A stretch of DNA of 42,549 nucleotides from a virus (IMGVR_UViG_3300032332_000905:1-42549), one strand, 5' to 3'. Positions 1 to 10,486 are shown, counted from the stretch's first letter. Notes: a model not told the origin generated them from the letters alone. Translations and numbers: made by a program.

Positions 1-297
1 CCACCAAACCAACCATAGTTAGAGTTTCCTGTTGCTGCTAAATTATTTCTTGCTAAACTCAATGGTCCTCTTGGTGATACTGTTGAGGAATCATTAGAGA
101 AATCTATACGGTCTACTATTGATACTGGTCCTGGAAATCCGCCACCAAACCAACCGTAGTTAGAGTTTCCTGTTGAAGATTGATAATATTTTGCTAAACT
201 TAATGGACCTCTTACTGATGCTGTTGCTGCATCATTAGAGAAATCTATACGATCTACTGTTGATACTGCTGCTGGAAAACCACCACCAAACCAACCG
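1..297 (-). repeat. 141-nt coding tandem repeat (47 aa)
   Basis: ccaccaaaccaacc recurs at 1, 142 and 283. Confidence 0.9.
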
Positions 298-374
298 TGA
301 GTATTTTGAGTACTCATCAGTTCAGTTCTCTTGAATTTATAAGCAGTTTGTAAACCAAAAACTCCAATCGCCAT
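1..374 (-). CDS. Kelch-like/beta-propeller repeat protein, 5' part (runs off the left edge)
   Basis: Not in the ORF track. Manual translation from ATG at 374 gives MAIGVFGLQTAYKFKRTELMSTQNTHGWFGGGFPAAVSTVDRIDFSNDAATASVRGPLSLAKYYQSSTGNSNYGWFGGG..., with 47-aa repeats containing GWFGGG and no stop before the window edge. Confidence 0.8.
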   Translation of the reverse strand, partial: MAIGVFGLQTAYKFKRTELMSTQNTHGWFGGGFPAAVSTVDRIDFSNDAATASVRGPLSLAKYYQSSTGNSNYGWFGGGFPGPVSIVDRIDFSNDSSTVSPRGPLSLARNNLAATGNSNYGWFG

Positions 375-376
375 CT

Positions 377-1030
377 TTACTTACCAAATACGTGAGAACC
401 GATATGTTGCAATTCTATAGAAGTATCCAACCAAACATCATAACCAATATCTGTAAGACGATGAAAGAAACTCATATCTTCTCCTAAATATTTTCCTTCT
501 TTATTCATTTCAGCAAAGTAATGATAAGAGTTATGATATTCTTTTTCAGTAATTGGATAATTGGAGTTGTTTAATCCAGGAAAATATTTCAATTCACTAT
601 AATGTTTATTTAGTTTTTCAAACACACTTCTATGAATCATTACAAATCCCATACCAACTCCACCAATCTTGATTAAATTTCCACACAACTTTACAGGATT
701 GTAAACCTCATAACAGTGTCTTAAGGGTAAAGTCTTCATTGGATAAGAACCCGAAACCACTGGTTTTTGATATGAATATAATTTTAATACGTCTTCTGGA
801 GTAAATGCGACATCAGCATCTAAACAAAACAAATAATCAAACTCCGTATTATTCATAAAGAAGTTTGCAATTCTTGACCGTCCGTGAGTAATCAAAGACT
901 CATTCGCAACAGTCATAATCCCGTGGTCTATATTGCTACGAACTAAAAGTTTACCAAGATTAAAGAGTGATATTGTAGTTTTTTCATTCACCAAACCACC
1001 ATAACAAGGTAATGATATAAGAATACTCAT
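377..1030 (-). CDS. GT-A fold glycosyltransferase-like protein
   Basis: N-terminal ILISLPCY strand, DxD motif (LDADVAF), GMGFVMIHRSVFE, GEDMSFFHR and VWLDTSIELQHIG. Confidence 0.75.
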   Translation of the reverse strand: MSILISLPCYGGLVNEKTTISLFNLGKLLVRSNIDHGIMTVANESLITHGRSRIANFFMNNTEFDYLFCLDADVAFTPEDVLKLYSYQKPVVSGSYPMKTLPLRHCYEVYNPVKLCGNLIKIGGVGMGFVMIHRSVFEKLNKHYSELKYFPGLNNSNYPITEKEYHNSYHYFAEMNKEGKYLGEDMSFFHRLTDIGYDVWLDTSIELQHIGSHVFGK

Positions 1031-1033
1031 AAA

Positions 1034-3535
1034 TTATTGTTTCTGTTTACCTGCAATTTGAATTTCAATTGTATAAGGTGTGTTTGAATATGCAAAGATT
1101 GATTGGCCGATGCCTAATCTTTTGGGTCCTTCACAAAGTTCAATAGATGAGTTTCTAGGAATTATCATATTATATGCTAACCAAGAGAATATAGTATCAC
1201 TATTACCAATACCTACCCAGACTGGATAATCACCACCAGGATAGATAAGACTATCAGAGATATTAGAAACCTTGATTGATTGAATGATTGAAGGATATAC
1301 ATTACCTGTTCCATAATATGCTACTGGAACTGTGGAAAGTCCTGCAGTTGTTGATGTAGTATTTGAGGAAATAGCAACGACAGTTCCAGTTCCATTCTGA
1401 TACGACATATCTGTTGTAGATTGATATGTAATCGTTGTTTGTAATGCACCATCTTCAGGAACTACAACTTCTGTGAATGATAATACCGTAGCAACACCTA
1501 CGGTCGCATTTGCTGGTCTTGTAATCGGAATGGATATTACACCAGTACCAGCATAAGATGTGGTGATTCCAGTATAAGAAGCACCCACGTAAGTATTTGG
1601 TTGAATACCAGTAGAAACTCCAGTATTTTGAACTAAATTACCTATTGCAATTGAGTTGAAAAATGATGTTGCTTGATTTGTTACAGTCAGAACTGCACTA
1701 CCTGAAGTATAAGTTATAGTATTAGTAGATGTCGTACCAATACCACTACCGGCACCAGTGGATTGAAGTGCAATACTATCTAATGCATTCAGTACCATTG
1801 GTTGCTTTAAAAGTTCAACTGCAGAACCAACAGGAACTGGAAGTCTAGATGCAACTTTAGAAACTGGTGAGAAGTATAAAATACCAGTTGCATAACCACT
1901 CATTGGTTTATTCAATGTGATGTTGTTTCCATCTACACTTGTTACATAAGTATTAAATTGGAATCCGGCAGTTGTTCCAATACCTGTAGTTTCTCCAATA
2001 TTACCAGTTCCAGTGACTGCCATACCAACAGTAATGCTACTTGCAGAACCTACAGTAAATGTATGAATACCAGGACCACCACTTGACCCAGCACTGACTG
2101 AAATGGAAGCAGGAACTTTTTTTCCATTTAATATATAAGCAGTTGTGATTTCTGCATCTCCATTAGATATATTTGTAACGTGAATGGAATGAACAATATA
2201 TTCATTTAATCCACCAGGAAAAGTTGTAATCCTTGTAGTTGTTGTACCTACCCCAACAATATCTAAAGTTCCTGTTGGTTGAACATAAAGAACATTATCA
2301 ATACTTGTATCAAACTTACCGGAACCACCAGTAGTAGAACCGGTAGAAGTGGAAGTAGACCATTGAGTTCCAGATACTGTTGATTGAAGAACCTGACCTA
2401 GTGTTCCTGGACTATTTGTAGAATCATAAACAGCACCAGTAACTCTTGCATTACCTTGAACGTGTAGAGTTTGTGATGGATTTGTGGTTCCTATACCAAC
2501 ACCAGTTGCATTAATTCTTACTCTTTCTGTATTGTTTGTAGCAATTTTAACATCATAAGAATTCAAAGAACCTATTGAAAGAGTTCCACCAGCAGAATAA
2601 AGATAAGTACCATCAGCGTCTCCAAATGGTCCACCAGCAGCAAAGGTAGTTCCATTAATACCAAAGTCACCATAATATGTTGTCCCCGCAGAACGATCAT
2701 TATTTACAATAATATCACTGGATGCAGAAGTACCACTATTTTTATTTTGAACAATTAATTGTGCATAACTATTCACATTATGAGTAAAATTTGCAATGAT
2801 ATCAGTATCAGTGAAACTAATTGTTCCAACTCCCAGAAGTCCATTTATACCACTTGAACTAGTTGGAGTACCTGATAAGTAAAGAACAGAATCATTTGCT
2901 GTTGCGTTTGCTGTTAAATCAAGTTGAGATGCGGTATGAATACCAGTATTATAAATGTCACCAACTACGTATAATTTGGATGTGGGTAAAGTAGAACCAA
3001 TTCCTATATTACCACTTAATGGATTATAAGTTAATCTGGTAGAAGATACATTTTGGGTGGAGGTTATGCCAGATGTTGCACTAGTAAAAACTAAATATCT
3101 TGTCGCATTTGTGGTGGTATCATCAGAAATTGAAACTCCAAAAGATCCACCAATTGCTGAAATGGATTGCCAAGTAACTCCTATTCCAGTAGATGAAAGA
3201 ACATATTGATTTTGTCCTGTCGTTCCACCAGCAGAAATTTGAGTTAATGTACTAATACCAGAAATATTTAAAGTTTGTGCTGTTAAGTTTGTGGTTGAAG
3301 TAATTCCTAATGTACTAATACCAGAAATATTTAAAGTTTGTGCTGTTAAGTTGGTTACTGTGGTGACACCAGAAACATAAAGTGATGTAGCACCAATCCC
3401 ACCATTTACGTGTAAAGTATAATTTGTGACTGTAGTAGCAATACCGACTTGATTTTTTACGGAATCCGCAATGATTAGATTTGTGGCAACTTCAAGACCA
3501 TTTTGTACTTTGAAATTCTTATTGATACCTGCCAT
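1034..3535 (-). CDS. Tail-fibre-like virion structural protein (833 aa)
   Basis: G/S/T-rich; GIGTTNP/GIGSTLP fibre motifs; KNFKVQNGL N-terminus typical of cyanophage fibres; late promoter upstream. Confidence 0.75.
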   Translation of the reverse strand: MAGINKNFKVQNGLEVATNLIIADSVKNQVGIATTVTNYTLHVNGGIGATSLYVSGVTTVTNLTAQTLNISGISTLGITSTTNLTAQTLNISGISTLTQISAGGTTGQNQYVLSSTGIGVTWQSISAIGGSFGVSISDDTTTNATRYLVFTSATSGITSTQNVSSTRLTYNPLSGNIGIGSTLPTSKLYVVGDIYNTGIHTASQLDLTANATANDSVLYLSGTPTSSSGINGLLGVGTISFTDTDIIANFTHNVNSYAQLIVQNKNSGTSASSDIIVNNDRSAGTTYYGDFGINGTTFAAGGPFGDADGTYLYSAGGTLSIGSLNSYDVKIATNNTERVRINATGVGIGTTNPSQTLHVQGNARVTGAVYDSTNSPGTLGQVLQSTVSGTQWSTSTSTGSTTGGSGKFDTSIDNVLYVQPTGTLDIVGVGTTTTRITTFPGGLNEYIVHSIHVTNISNGDAEITTAYILNGKKVPASISVSAGSSGGPGIHTFTVGSASSITVGMAVTGTGNIGETTGIGTTAGFQFNTYVTSVDGNNITLNKPMSGYATGILYFSPVSKVASRLPVPVGSAVELLKQPMVLNALDSIALQSTGAGSGIGTTSTNTITYTSGSAVLTVTNQATSFFNSIAIGNLVQNTGVSTGIQPNTYVGASYTGITTSYAGTGVISIPITRPANATVGVATVLSFTEVVVPEDGALQTTITYQSTTDMSYQNGTGTVVAISSNTTSTTAGLSTVPVAYYGTGNVYPSIIQSIKVSNISDSLIYPGGDYPVWVGIGNSDTIFSWLAYNMIIPRNSSIELCEGPKRLGIGQSIFAYSNTPYTIEIQIAGKQKQ
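3246..3352 (-). repeat. 63-nt direct repeat (TNLTAQTLNISGISTL x2)
   Basis: aatgtactaataccagaaatatttaaagtttgtgctgttaagtt at about 3246 and 3309. Confidence 0.85.
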
Positions 3536-3561
3536 TGGAGGAGAGCGCCTACCTTTCTTAT

Positions 3562-3581
3562 TATTTATAAAGAACTAAATA
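3562..3581. promoter_or_regulatory. Back-to-back T4-type late promoters
   Basis: TATAAATA on - (3562-3569) and CTAAATA on + (3575-3581) between divergent genes. Confidence 0.7.
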
Positions 3582-3605
3582 AAAGAAAGTAATTTTGAGG
3601 TAGAT

Positions 3606-4079
3606 ATGGCATCAACAGTATTAAGTGGATCCGGAAATGTTACTTATACAAACAGTACCGGACAAAATGTAAGAGTATTGATTAACTTTATGCAAGCATC
3701 ATCTACCTATAATTTAGGAGGTGTGTCCGGATATCCAACTCAAACTTCTCCACCAAGTTTAACTGGAGGAGCTACTGCTACTAGTGGATTAACATTCTCG
3801 TGGTCAGCAACATCTGGAGGTACAGTAAGTGTAAATGCTCCAGGAGTTCTTGCAATGGGAAAAAATCTTGCTACATATACGCAGTCTGGTGGTGACGTTA
3901 GTACCACAAACCTTGCTCTTACATCTAGTTCACATAATATGATTCCCTACGAAACTGGACCGGCACAAAGAACAAATAATGGATTGCCAACAGAAATTAT
4001 GCTTGCTTCCGGACAAACATTTTCTACTTCTAATTGTATTGCTTATAATATTGTAATTGTCAAAGAAGACGGAACTTGA
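3606..4079 (+). CDS. Hypothetical, probably structural protein (157 aa)
   Basis: GAGG RBS, late promoter, S/T/G-rich beta-type sequence. Confidence 0.7.
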   Translation: MASTVLSGSGNVTYTNSTGQNVRVLINFMQASSTYNLGGVSGYPTQTSPPSLTGGATATSGLTFSWSATSGGTVSVNAPGVLAMGKNLATYTQSGGDVSTTNLALTSSSHNMIPYETGPAQRTNNGLPTEIMLASGQTFSTSNCIAYNIVIVKEDGT

Positions 4080-4268
4080 TCAAATAGGATTACCAAATCC
4101 ACGAGTTGTAAATGGAAATGGTGCAGTTAATATTAAATTGATATTATCTGCAAGTTTTGCCTTGGTTACATTTTTATCTTTGATTTTTGCAGTTTCCACA
4201 GCATCAGTTGCAATGTCTGCTGCAACAATCGTGGCATCTTGGTAAATTTGAACTTCGGTTCTTGACAT
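4080..4268 (-). CDS. Small fibre-repeat protein (62 aa)
   Basis: AVETAKIKDKNVTKAKLA repeat typical of fibre shafts; GGAG RBS. Confidence 0.6.
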   Translation of the reverse strand: MSRTEVQIYQDATIVAADIATDAVETAKIKDKNVTKAKLADNINLILTAPFPFTTRGFGNPI

Positions 4269-4303
4269 TTTAGATCTCCATAGATTATTTGTTTATTTTA
4301 AAA

Positions 4304-7300
4304 TCAAACTCCAAGTGCAGACCAATAATAAGTTGTACCAATAGATGTGGAGAAAATCACTTGAGTTGTCGTAGGAAGAGTACTGATTACGGCAGATGTA
4401 GCAGTTCCTCCACCATCATTAGAAATGTATTGTATAATCTGAACATTATAACAAGCAGTTGTAAATGCTGTTGGGAAAGTCACTGTTGTTTTTGATCCTG
4501 AAGTAGTGAAAGTACCCCATTGCATAATCAAACCACCAGGAAGTTTCTGATAACCATTAGATCCTAAAGATTGATTAGATCCCGTAAAGTTAGTTGTATA
4601 GACACCATTGGTTACTGAAGATGCAGTACCAATTACATTACCAGTAAAGGTGTTTTTCCATGCAAGACCTGTAGAAGTAGTAGGATCTACTGTTAATATA
4701 GAACTAGTCACTCCAACAGGCAGAATAGTGGCAGCATCATTTCCAATAGCAGCAATCAAGTCACCTTTCACACTCCATGCAGGATCTTGAGTCAGAATAC
4801 CCTGTCCACCTAATGAAATAATAAAATCTGATAGTCCTGAAGTAGGTGCAGTTGTAAATCTAATCGTACTTGTATTTGATGAACCAGAACTAACAATACT
4901 AAAATCAAGTCCTGGTTTTTGTATTACACCACCAAGAGAAACAATGAGGTTTGCAGAACTACCAAATGGAGTGTATGCAACTCCGACATACTTCATTGTA
5001 AAGTCAGTTAGAGTTCCGTTAAATTGAGAACCAAGACTATCAAGAACAATAGAATTGCCAGTTGGGTAATTACTAGAAACAGTACTTGATGTAGGAATAA
5101 ATCCTAGAGCATTAGAAATATCCGCAGATTGTAATGCACTATCAGTTCCATCAACTCTTAAAATATTTGGAACACCACCTGTTGTTGTTCCATTAGTTTT
5201 AATAAATTGCAATCCTCTGTAAATGCTAGTAGTGCCCACACCAACAAGATTGACCGTCGTAATACCAGAAACAGTATCAGTTTTTGCAGTCAAATCAATA
5301 TTTGTTCCAACAAAGTTAATTTGAGTTCCTACACCAGCAAAAGTATTACTTGTTGAAGTAGAAACTCCAATAGTGGTAACTTGAGGACCACTACCAGTAA
5401 AGGTTAAGGTTGTAATACCTGATGTTGTATCATATTGAGTATTCAGAGTAATACCAGAAGTTTTAAAATTAAGTAATGTCGCAATACCAACATAAGAACT
5501 ATTACTGGAAACTCCAATTGTATTGGTATTGATTGTAGTAATTTTTCCAAATTTCTCCCAAAGATTATTGGAAGTATAAACCCATCCAATATAATCACCA
5601 CTATTAGGAGTTGCATTATAAACTACATCGCCAATATTTCCTGCAGAAGTTGGAGTAGAAATTCCTACAGTATATTTTCTAGATATTGTTTGATCTCCTT
5701 GAATAAAGAGAGATTTGGCTTCAATGCCTTTTTGTGATGTTGATGTAATTTTCTCACTAAAAACAACTGGACCACCAAATTCAGACAATAAACTATTATC
5801 TGGACCACCTTCAACTCTAATAGATCTATTAACAGAAATTTGAAGAGGAGAAATAACATCAAATCCAACGTTAATGCCGGTAGTAAGATCTTCTCCAGTT
5901 ACAGTTGTAATTGGAGTATCATAAACTTCTTCTTGTCCTGTTGTGGAATTGATTTTCTTATTGCCAGCAAAGAAATTGCCCCTATCATCCATACCAGTAT
6001 AGATGCTGACACCACCATCAGTATCAGTGGATTGTGCTAACAGGATTTCTTGGTTTGACAAAGAACGATCTTGTCTTTCTGGGAATGCTGTGGAATAATT
6101 ACCTGGACCGTATCCAAGATATTCAAAGGTATGTGCCGATGCACGAATGATTGAATTGCGACGGAATTCTATTGGAAGGATTTTAATTCTCTTGATGACG
6201 GATCCGATACTATGTCCTTGTCGGAGTGTTCCAAATAATCCACGGAAGGCATAAACAGAATTACTTGTGACTGTTGTATTAATTCTAAAAATTTCTGCAT
6301 CAATCTGAATGTAATCACCAATATTCAGACCAAGAACAAATGCATTTGGAATCGTAAATGGAGAAGATTCCGAAGTTGATGATAAAAGTGTAGATCCTAA
6401 AGTTGTTGTAATACCTGCATATTCAGCAATCAAACGACCAGAAGTTGTTTCTGTATTAACATCAAGATCTCCACCATAAGAAGAAAGTGCTGGAATATAC
6501 GCAGTTGCAGTTGTTCCAATTGAGAGTGCAGTCGTACCCAAACCAACATTAATATTGATGGTAGTAAGACCCGAACCAACTTGCTTAACAAGATAATCTC
6601 CATCATAAGAAGAATTATTAAAACCAATAATACGAAGTTTATTATTGATTAAGAATCCGTGTGCAGAAGTAAAGGTAACAATACCAACACCGGTTGTTGA
6701 ATTTAAGGTAAAAGTTGAAATTCCAAGTGTTCTTCCCGTCAGAAGAATATTTGCATTTATGGTTACAGTAACTCCAACCCCTGTTGTATTAAATCCAGAA
6801 ATTGTTTCTGCAGATTGAACTGCAATTTCTTTTGCAGTAGTAATGCCGGTGATTCTATAGAGAGTATTGTATCCAGAATAGGAAGCAGAAGATACACCAG
6901 AGATGCTCAAACAATCTCCAACATTATTATAGATATTTGCAATTGTTACAGTTGCTCCAGAACCTACTGCACCTACACCAGAAAGAGATGCAGTATTTCC
7001 GACAACATATGAACTACCACCATCCATAATTTGAACGGCAGTGACTGTTCCTCCTGCACCTACAGTCACTCTTGCGGTTGCATTAATGCCATTTGCAGAT
7101 GCTGTAAGACTTGCATTATAATAAGTTCCTGCCGTATATCCAGAACCACCATTTGAAATGCTTACAGATGTAACACCACAAAGACCATGGTCAATTGTAG
7201 TGTAGAGAGTATGGGCAATTCCAGACGAAGAAATAATATTTGTAAGACCAATACCAACATTAAAATCAATTAAACTCTTTTCAACTGTTTCTTTAGTAAC

Positions 7301-10300
7301 GCTATTTTGCGGATCATCAACAACAACTTGACCAATAGTGTCTGACAACGCAAAAGATTTTGCTGCTTTTGGATCAGAGTTTGCATTATCTCTATTTAAT
7401 TGTGGATAAAGATTTTTAATAGATTGAGAAAATCTTGAATTTGTAAAGGGAACAGCAGTTGGTGAGTTTGAAGAATTGAGAACAATTAAATGATATATTC
7501 CATCTTGAACATTTTGAATATACTTTTTAATTTCTTGAGATCTATAGATATAGTAAGTTCCAGAAAACTTCTTGCGATTAAATCTTGGAAGACTTGAAGT
7601 TCTTGAAGAAGTGTTATTTGTAAATGTTCCAGGATCATTAGTTACTGCATAACTAAATTGCTTGGTGCTGCTAATTCCAGTAACAGTGAATGTTCCATTA
7701 TATGCGGAGTTTGCTATACCAGTAGTGTTGTTTGTGCTGGTAATATTCAAAACTTCTACCTGCGATCCAACTGTTAAATCGTGAGGAAGTTCGGTAATAA
7801 TGTTTGCAGTTTTTGTTCCAACAGTCCAGTTTGCATTTGCAATAAATCTTGGATTTCTTAACTCTACAGAGTTTGATAATGTTGTGGGTGTTGTGCTAAA
7901 ATACTTAACAATTTCAGTTGTTCCCGTACCAATTGTATTATTAGATTCTTGAATCACATAACCATCTAAAGGTGGTCTTGCTGTTGTTGGGGCACTCTTT
8001 GGAATCACATAACGAATTCTGTATGCTCTATCAATTGTGCTTCTTGTATCTGATTTTCTCTTGATATAAGTTCTTGATGTTGCATTTCCAAGACTTGCAG
8101 TTCCAAGACCTATGATTGTTGAATAAATTGTATTATTAGTTGCTGCTGTGGAAACATTTACATACCAATTGCTTTGAGAGGTATCAAATCCAACTGGATG
8201 TCCAATATCTCCAGGATTTTTATCACTTACTCTACTTACAATATTCAGTACTCCACCATTTGAATTGACCGTGGATGGATTATTATTATTTGCATCATTT
8301 AAATTTTGTGCAATTTGAATCTGATTTGAACCAATTCCTGCAACTGTGCCAGTAATCGCATAATAAACTTGATTACTATCAATTCCATCGGGAAGATATC
8401 CATTGTCACTTATTACCCGAATTGATTCTCCATTAATGAATGAGTGTGGAGAAGTTAATGTAAGAATATTTGAACTAACGCTGTTAATACCAACAGAACT
8501 TCTACCTACAACGAAAGTTTTTTCTGATACATTTTGATCTAAAACAACTCCATTATTTGGAATTACGATATTTGCCGAGTATTCTGTAGTTGTTCCACCT
8601 TGAGAAATCTGAAGATAAAGTTTATCGTTAGTTTTTGCACCAACCCTATATCCATCAATTACTGATGATGGAGGAACAATTGAATTGGTTTCATTGTAGA
8701 TATAAAGTCTGCTTGTCGTTGCTGCAGATACTATTTTTGATACATCAAGTGAAAAATACTCAACACTAGATTCTGTAGTTTCAATCTCTCTTGGTGGAAT
8801 GATATGAGTAAAATAACCAACATCATCTTTTGGAAATGCTTCTGGTCTAAATCCAGAAGCAACTAATGCTTTAGATCCAAAGTTGGAGTTGGAGTTGTTG
8901 ATAGAGAAATCTCCACCAGATTCAACTGAAAAATGTTGAGCAAATCCAATTGCAAAAACAGATACTAACTGCAGATATGCATTATTAGTTGCCTTAATGT
9001 GGAAATTTTCGTATGTTGGTTTAAACTTTGCTCTTGAATCGCTACTAATGTTTGTAACAGATGTTGAATCTAAATATGTTCCAGTTGCAGTATCGTACTT
9101 TACAAATGCTTTAGTATCCTTCTGCAATCCAATACCAGTGTATTGAGCAACAACCATACTCTTAAATCCATCTGCCTTGCTTCCGTCAGCAAGCAGACCA
9201 CACATACCCCATACCGATCTCATTGAGACGTTAAAGATGTATGGAGATGCAGAAGTAACCGTATCTACAGCAATACTAATTGTTGATCCAGTAACGCTTG
9301 GAAGTGGACTTGTAGGTGCATTTTGAACCTGATATTGAATTTGTGTAGAACTTATTACATTACTAACAACATACAATCCATCATATCCTGCTGCACCAAC
9401 TCCACTGACTTGAATTGGAGTATCAACATTAAATTGGTTAGTTGAGGATACAAAAGTTAATGTAATGGTCGGAGATGAAGTTACACCATCTCCTGCTTTA
9501 ATGCTGCTGATTCCAACCGTAGCACCTTTGGAACCGACAATGCGATATTCATCAATAGATGGTTGAATATCAAGTAATGATGAAGGATAATCTGGTTCCA
9601 CTGGACTTCCAGATGCTTGTCCATAAGCAATACCAACTTTATCATAATACATATCCAGATCAGTGCGACCATCAGATGGGAATGTAATGAAGTCATCGGC
9701 AATTGAAACCGGATTTACACCATCAGCATACTCAAATCCTGCTAATTTATGATGTGAAAAGTTGGGTACAAATATATTTGAAGTATAATCTTTATAACAG
9801 GTTCCATTTGGATCTGCATCAAGAATAGTAAATTGCCACAGATAGCAAGCACCAGTTACACGAAATACACAAGATCTTTCAATATTGGTATTCTCTGGAT
9901 TTGGTACATATTTTGGACGGATCTTGGTTTTACGAAGATCCATACCAACGATTGAAGTACCTCTTGGAATAATGACTCCACCACGAACACTATTCAGTTT
10001 GTAGAGAGCATTATTATCCGTTGTTAAATCAAAATTAGTCGTTAAGTCAAAAGGTGAAAAATCTGTTACTGTCTCACTACTTCTTTTTAAATATTGACCA
10101 GTCGTACTTAAAGGAATATATCCTGGACGGTTATCTACAATATGATCGCCAGGATATAAAAGAATTGTCGTCTTATTAAACCTATCGTTATTAAAACCAG
10201 TTTGATATGAAAATCTTGATGCTTCTAAAAGTGCCCTTTGAATTGTCTTAAAAGGACGAGTTAATGAGTTTCCTTTATTTTCAATACTATCCGTTGAATC

Positions 10301-10375
10301 TAAACTGTTAGGATCAACATAGATAATTGCACCACGAACTGATTTGAGAAAATTATCAAGACGACTTAATCCCAT
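4304..10375 (-). CDS. Large virion structural / tail-fibre protein (2023 aa) with a C-terminal tail-fibre tip domain
   Basis: Conserved cyanomyophage N-terminus MGLSRLDNFLK...PFKTIQRALLEA; GGSGY repeats; C-terminal NGYQKLPGGLIMQWG...VTFPTAF. Confidence 0.85.
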   Translation of the reverse strand: MGLSRLDNFLKSVRGAIIYVDPNSLDSTDSIENKGNSLTRPFKTIQRALLEASRFSYQTGFNNDRFNKTTILLYPGDHIVDNRPGYIPLSTTGQYLKRSSETVTDFSPFDLTTNFDLTTDNNALYKLNSVRGGVIIPRGTSIVGMDLRKTKIRPKYVPNPENTNIERSCVFRVTGACYLWQFTILDADPNGTCYKDYTSNIFVPNFSHHKLAGFEYADGVNPVSIADDFITFPSDGRTDLDMYYDKVGIAYGQASGSPVEPDYPSSLLDIQPSIDEYRIVGSKGATVGISSIKAGDGVTSSPTITLTFVSSTNQFNVDTPIQVSGVGAAGYDGLYVVSNVISSTQIQYQVQNAPTSPLPSVTGSTISIAVDTVTSASPYIFNVSMRSVWGMCGLLADGSKADGFKSMVVAQYTGIGLQKDTKAFVKYDTATGTYLDSTSVTNISSDSRAKFKPTYENFHIKATNNAYLQLVSVFAIGFAQHFSVESGGDFSINNSNSNFGSKALVASGFRPEAFPKDDVGYFTHIIPPREIETTESSVEYFSLDVSKIVSAATTSRLYIYNETNSIVPPSSVIDGYRVGAKTNDKLYLQISQGGTTTEYSANIVIPNNGVVLDQNVSEKTFVVGRSSVGINSVSSNILTLTSPHSFINGESIRVISDNGYLPDGIDSNQVYYAITGTVAGIGSNQIQIAQNLNDANNNNPSTVNSNGGVLNIVSRVSDKNPGDIGHPVGFDTSQSNWYVNVSTAATNNTIYSTIIGLGTASLGNATSRTYIKRKSDTRSTIDRAYRIRYVIPKSAPTTARPPLDGYVIQESNNTIGTGTTEIVKYFSTTPTTLSNSVELRNPRFIANANWTVGTKTANIITELPHDLTVGSQVEVLNITSTNNTTGIANSAYNGTFTVTGISSTKQFSYAVTNDPGTFTNNTSSRTSSLPRFNRKKFSGTYYIYRSQEIKKYIQNVQDGIYHLIVLNSSNSPTAVPFTNSRFSQSIKNLYPQLNRDNANSDPKAAKSFALSDTIGQVVVDDPQNSVTKETVEKSLIDFNVGIGLTNIISSSGIAHTLYTTIDHGLCGVTSVSISNGGSGYTAGTYYNASLTASANGINATARVTVGAGGTVTAVQIMDGGSSYVVGNTASLSGVGAVGSGATVTIANIYNNVGDCLSISGVSSASYSGYNTLYRITGITTAKEIAVQSAETISGFNTTGVGVTVTINANILLTGRTLGISTFTLNSTTGVGIVTFTSAHGFLINNKLRIIGFNNSSYDGDYLVKQVGSGLTTININVGLGTTALSIGTTATAYIPALSSYGGDLDVNTETTSGRLIAEYAGITTTLGSTLLSSTSESSPFTIPNAFVLGLNIGDYIQIDAEIFRINTTVTSNSVYAFRGLFGTLRQGHSIGSVIKRIKILPIEFRRNSIIRASAHTFEYLGYGPGNYSTAFPERQDRSLSNQEILLAQSTDTDGGVSIYTGMDDRGNFFAGNKKINSTTGQEEVYDTPITTVTGEDLTTGINVGFDVISPLQISVNRSIRVEGGPDNSLLSEFGGPVVFSEKITSTSQKGIEAKSLFIQGDQTISRKYTVGISTPTSAGNIGDVVYNATPNSGDYIGWVYTSNNLWEKFGKITTINTNTIGVSSNSSYVGIATLLNFKTSGITLNTQYDTTSGITTLTFTGSGPQVTTIGVSTSTSNTFAGVGTQINFVGTNIDLTAKTDTVSGITTVNLVGVGTTSIYRGLQFIKTNGTTTGGVPNILRVDGTDSALQSADISNALGFIPTSSTVSSNYPTGNSIVLDSLGSQFNGTLTDFTMKYVGVAYTPFGSSANLIVSLGGVIQKPGLDFSIVSSGSSNTSTIRFTTAPTSGLSDFIISLGGQGILTQDPAWSVKGDLIAAIGNDAATILPVGVTSSILTVDPTTSTGLAWKNTFTGNVIGTASSVTNGVYTTNFTGSNQSLGSNGYQKLPGGLIMQWGTFTTSGSKTTVTFPTAFTTACYNVQIIQYISNDGGGTATSAVISTLPTTTQVIFSTSIGTTYYWSALGV

Positions 10376-10406
10376 TTTACTAATTCTTATAGTTTCCGTT
10401 ATGGAT

Positions 10407-10414
10407 TATTTATC
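10407..10414 (-). promoter_or_regulatory. Late promoter (GATAAATA) for the 2023-aa gene
   Basis: NATAAATA about 30 nt upstream of the ATG. Confidence 0.65.
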
Positions 10415-10416
10415 AT

Positions 10417-10446
10417 ACAACGAAACCACCAATTGCTTGGTGGTTC
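10417..10446 (-). terminator. Terminator-like hairpin
   Basis: GAACCACCAA-GCAA-TTGGTGGTTTC followed by GTTGT (weak U-tract). Confidence 0.6.
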
Positions 10447-10486
10447 TGAAGTACACGGAAGGGGTTACTGCGAAATAGTATCGCCT
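10417..10486 (-). ncRNA. Candidate small RNA of about 70 nt
   Basis: Lies between a near-consensus sigma70 promoter and a strong hairpin, has no ORF, and has a 5' hairpin, a CCCCUUCC core and a 3' hairpin. Confidence 0.55.

Noticed and set aside
1-297. Regularly spaced repeats as a CRISPR array
   Set aside because: The period is 141 nt, in frame, and the whole unit is conserved at the protein level; it is a coding repeat with no unique spacers.
4304-4600. Fibre tip as a diversity-generating retroelement target
   Set aside because: No reverse transcriptase and no second copy differing only at adenines was seen in the window.
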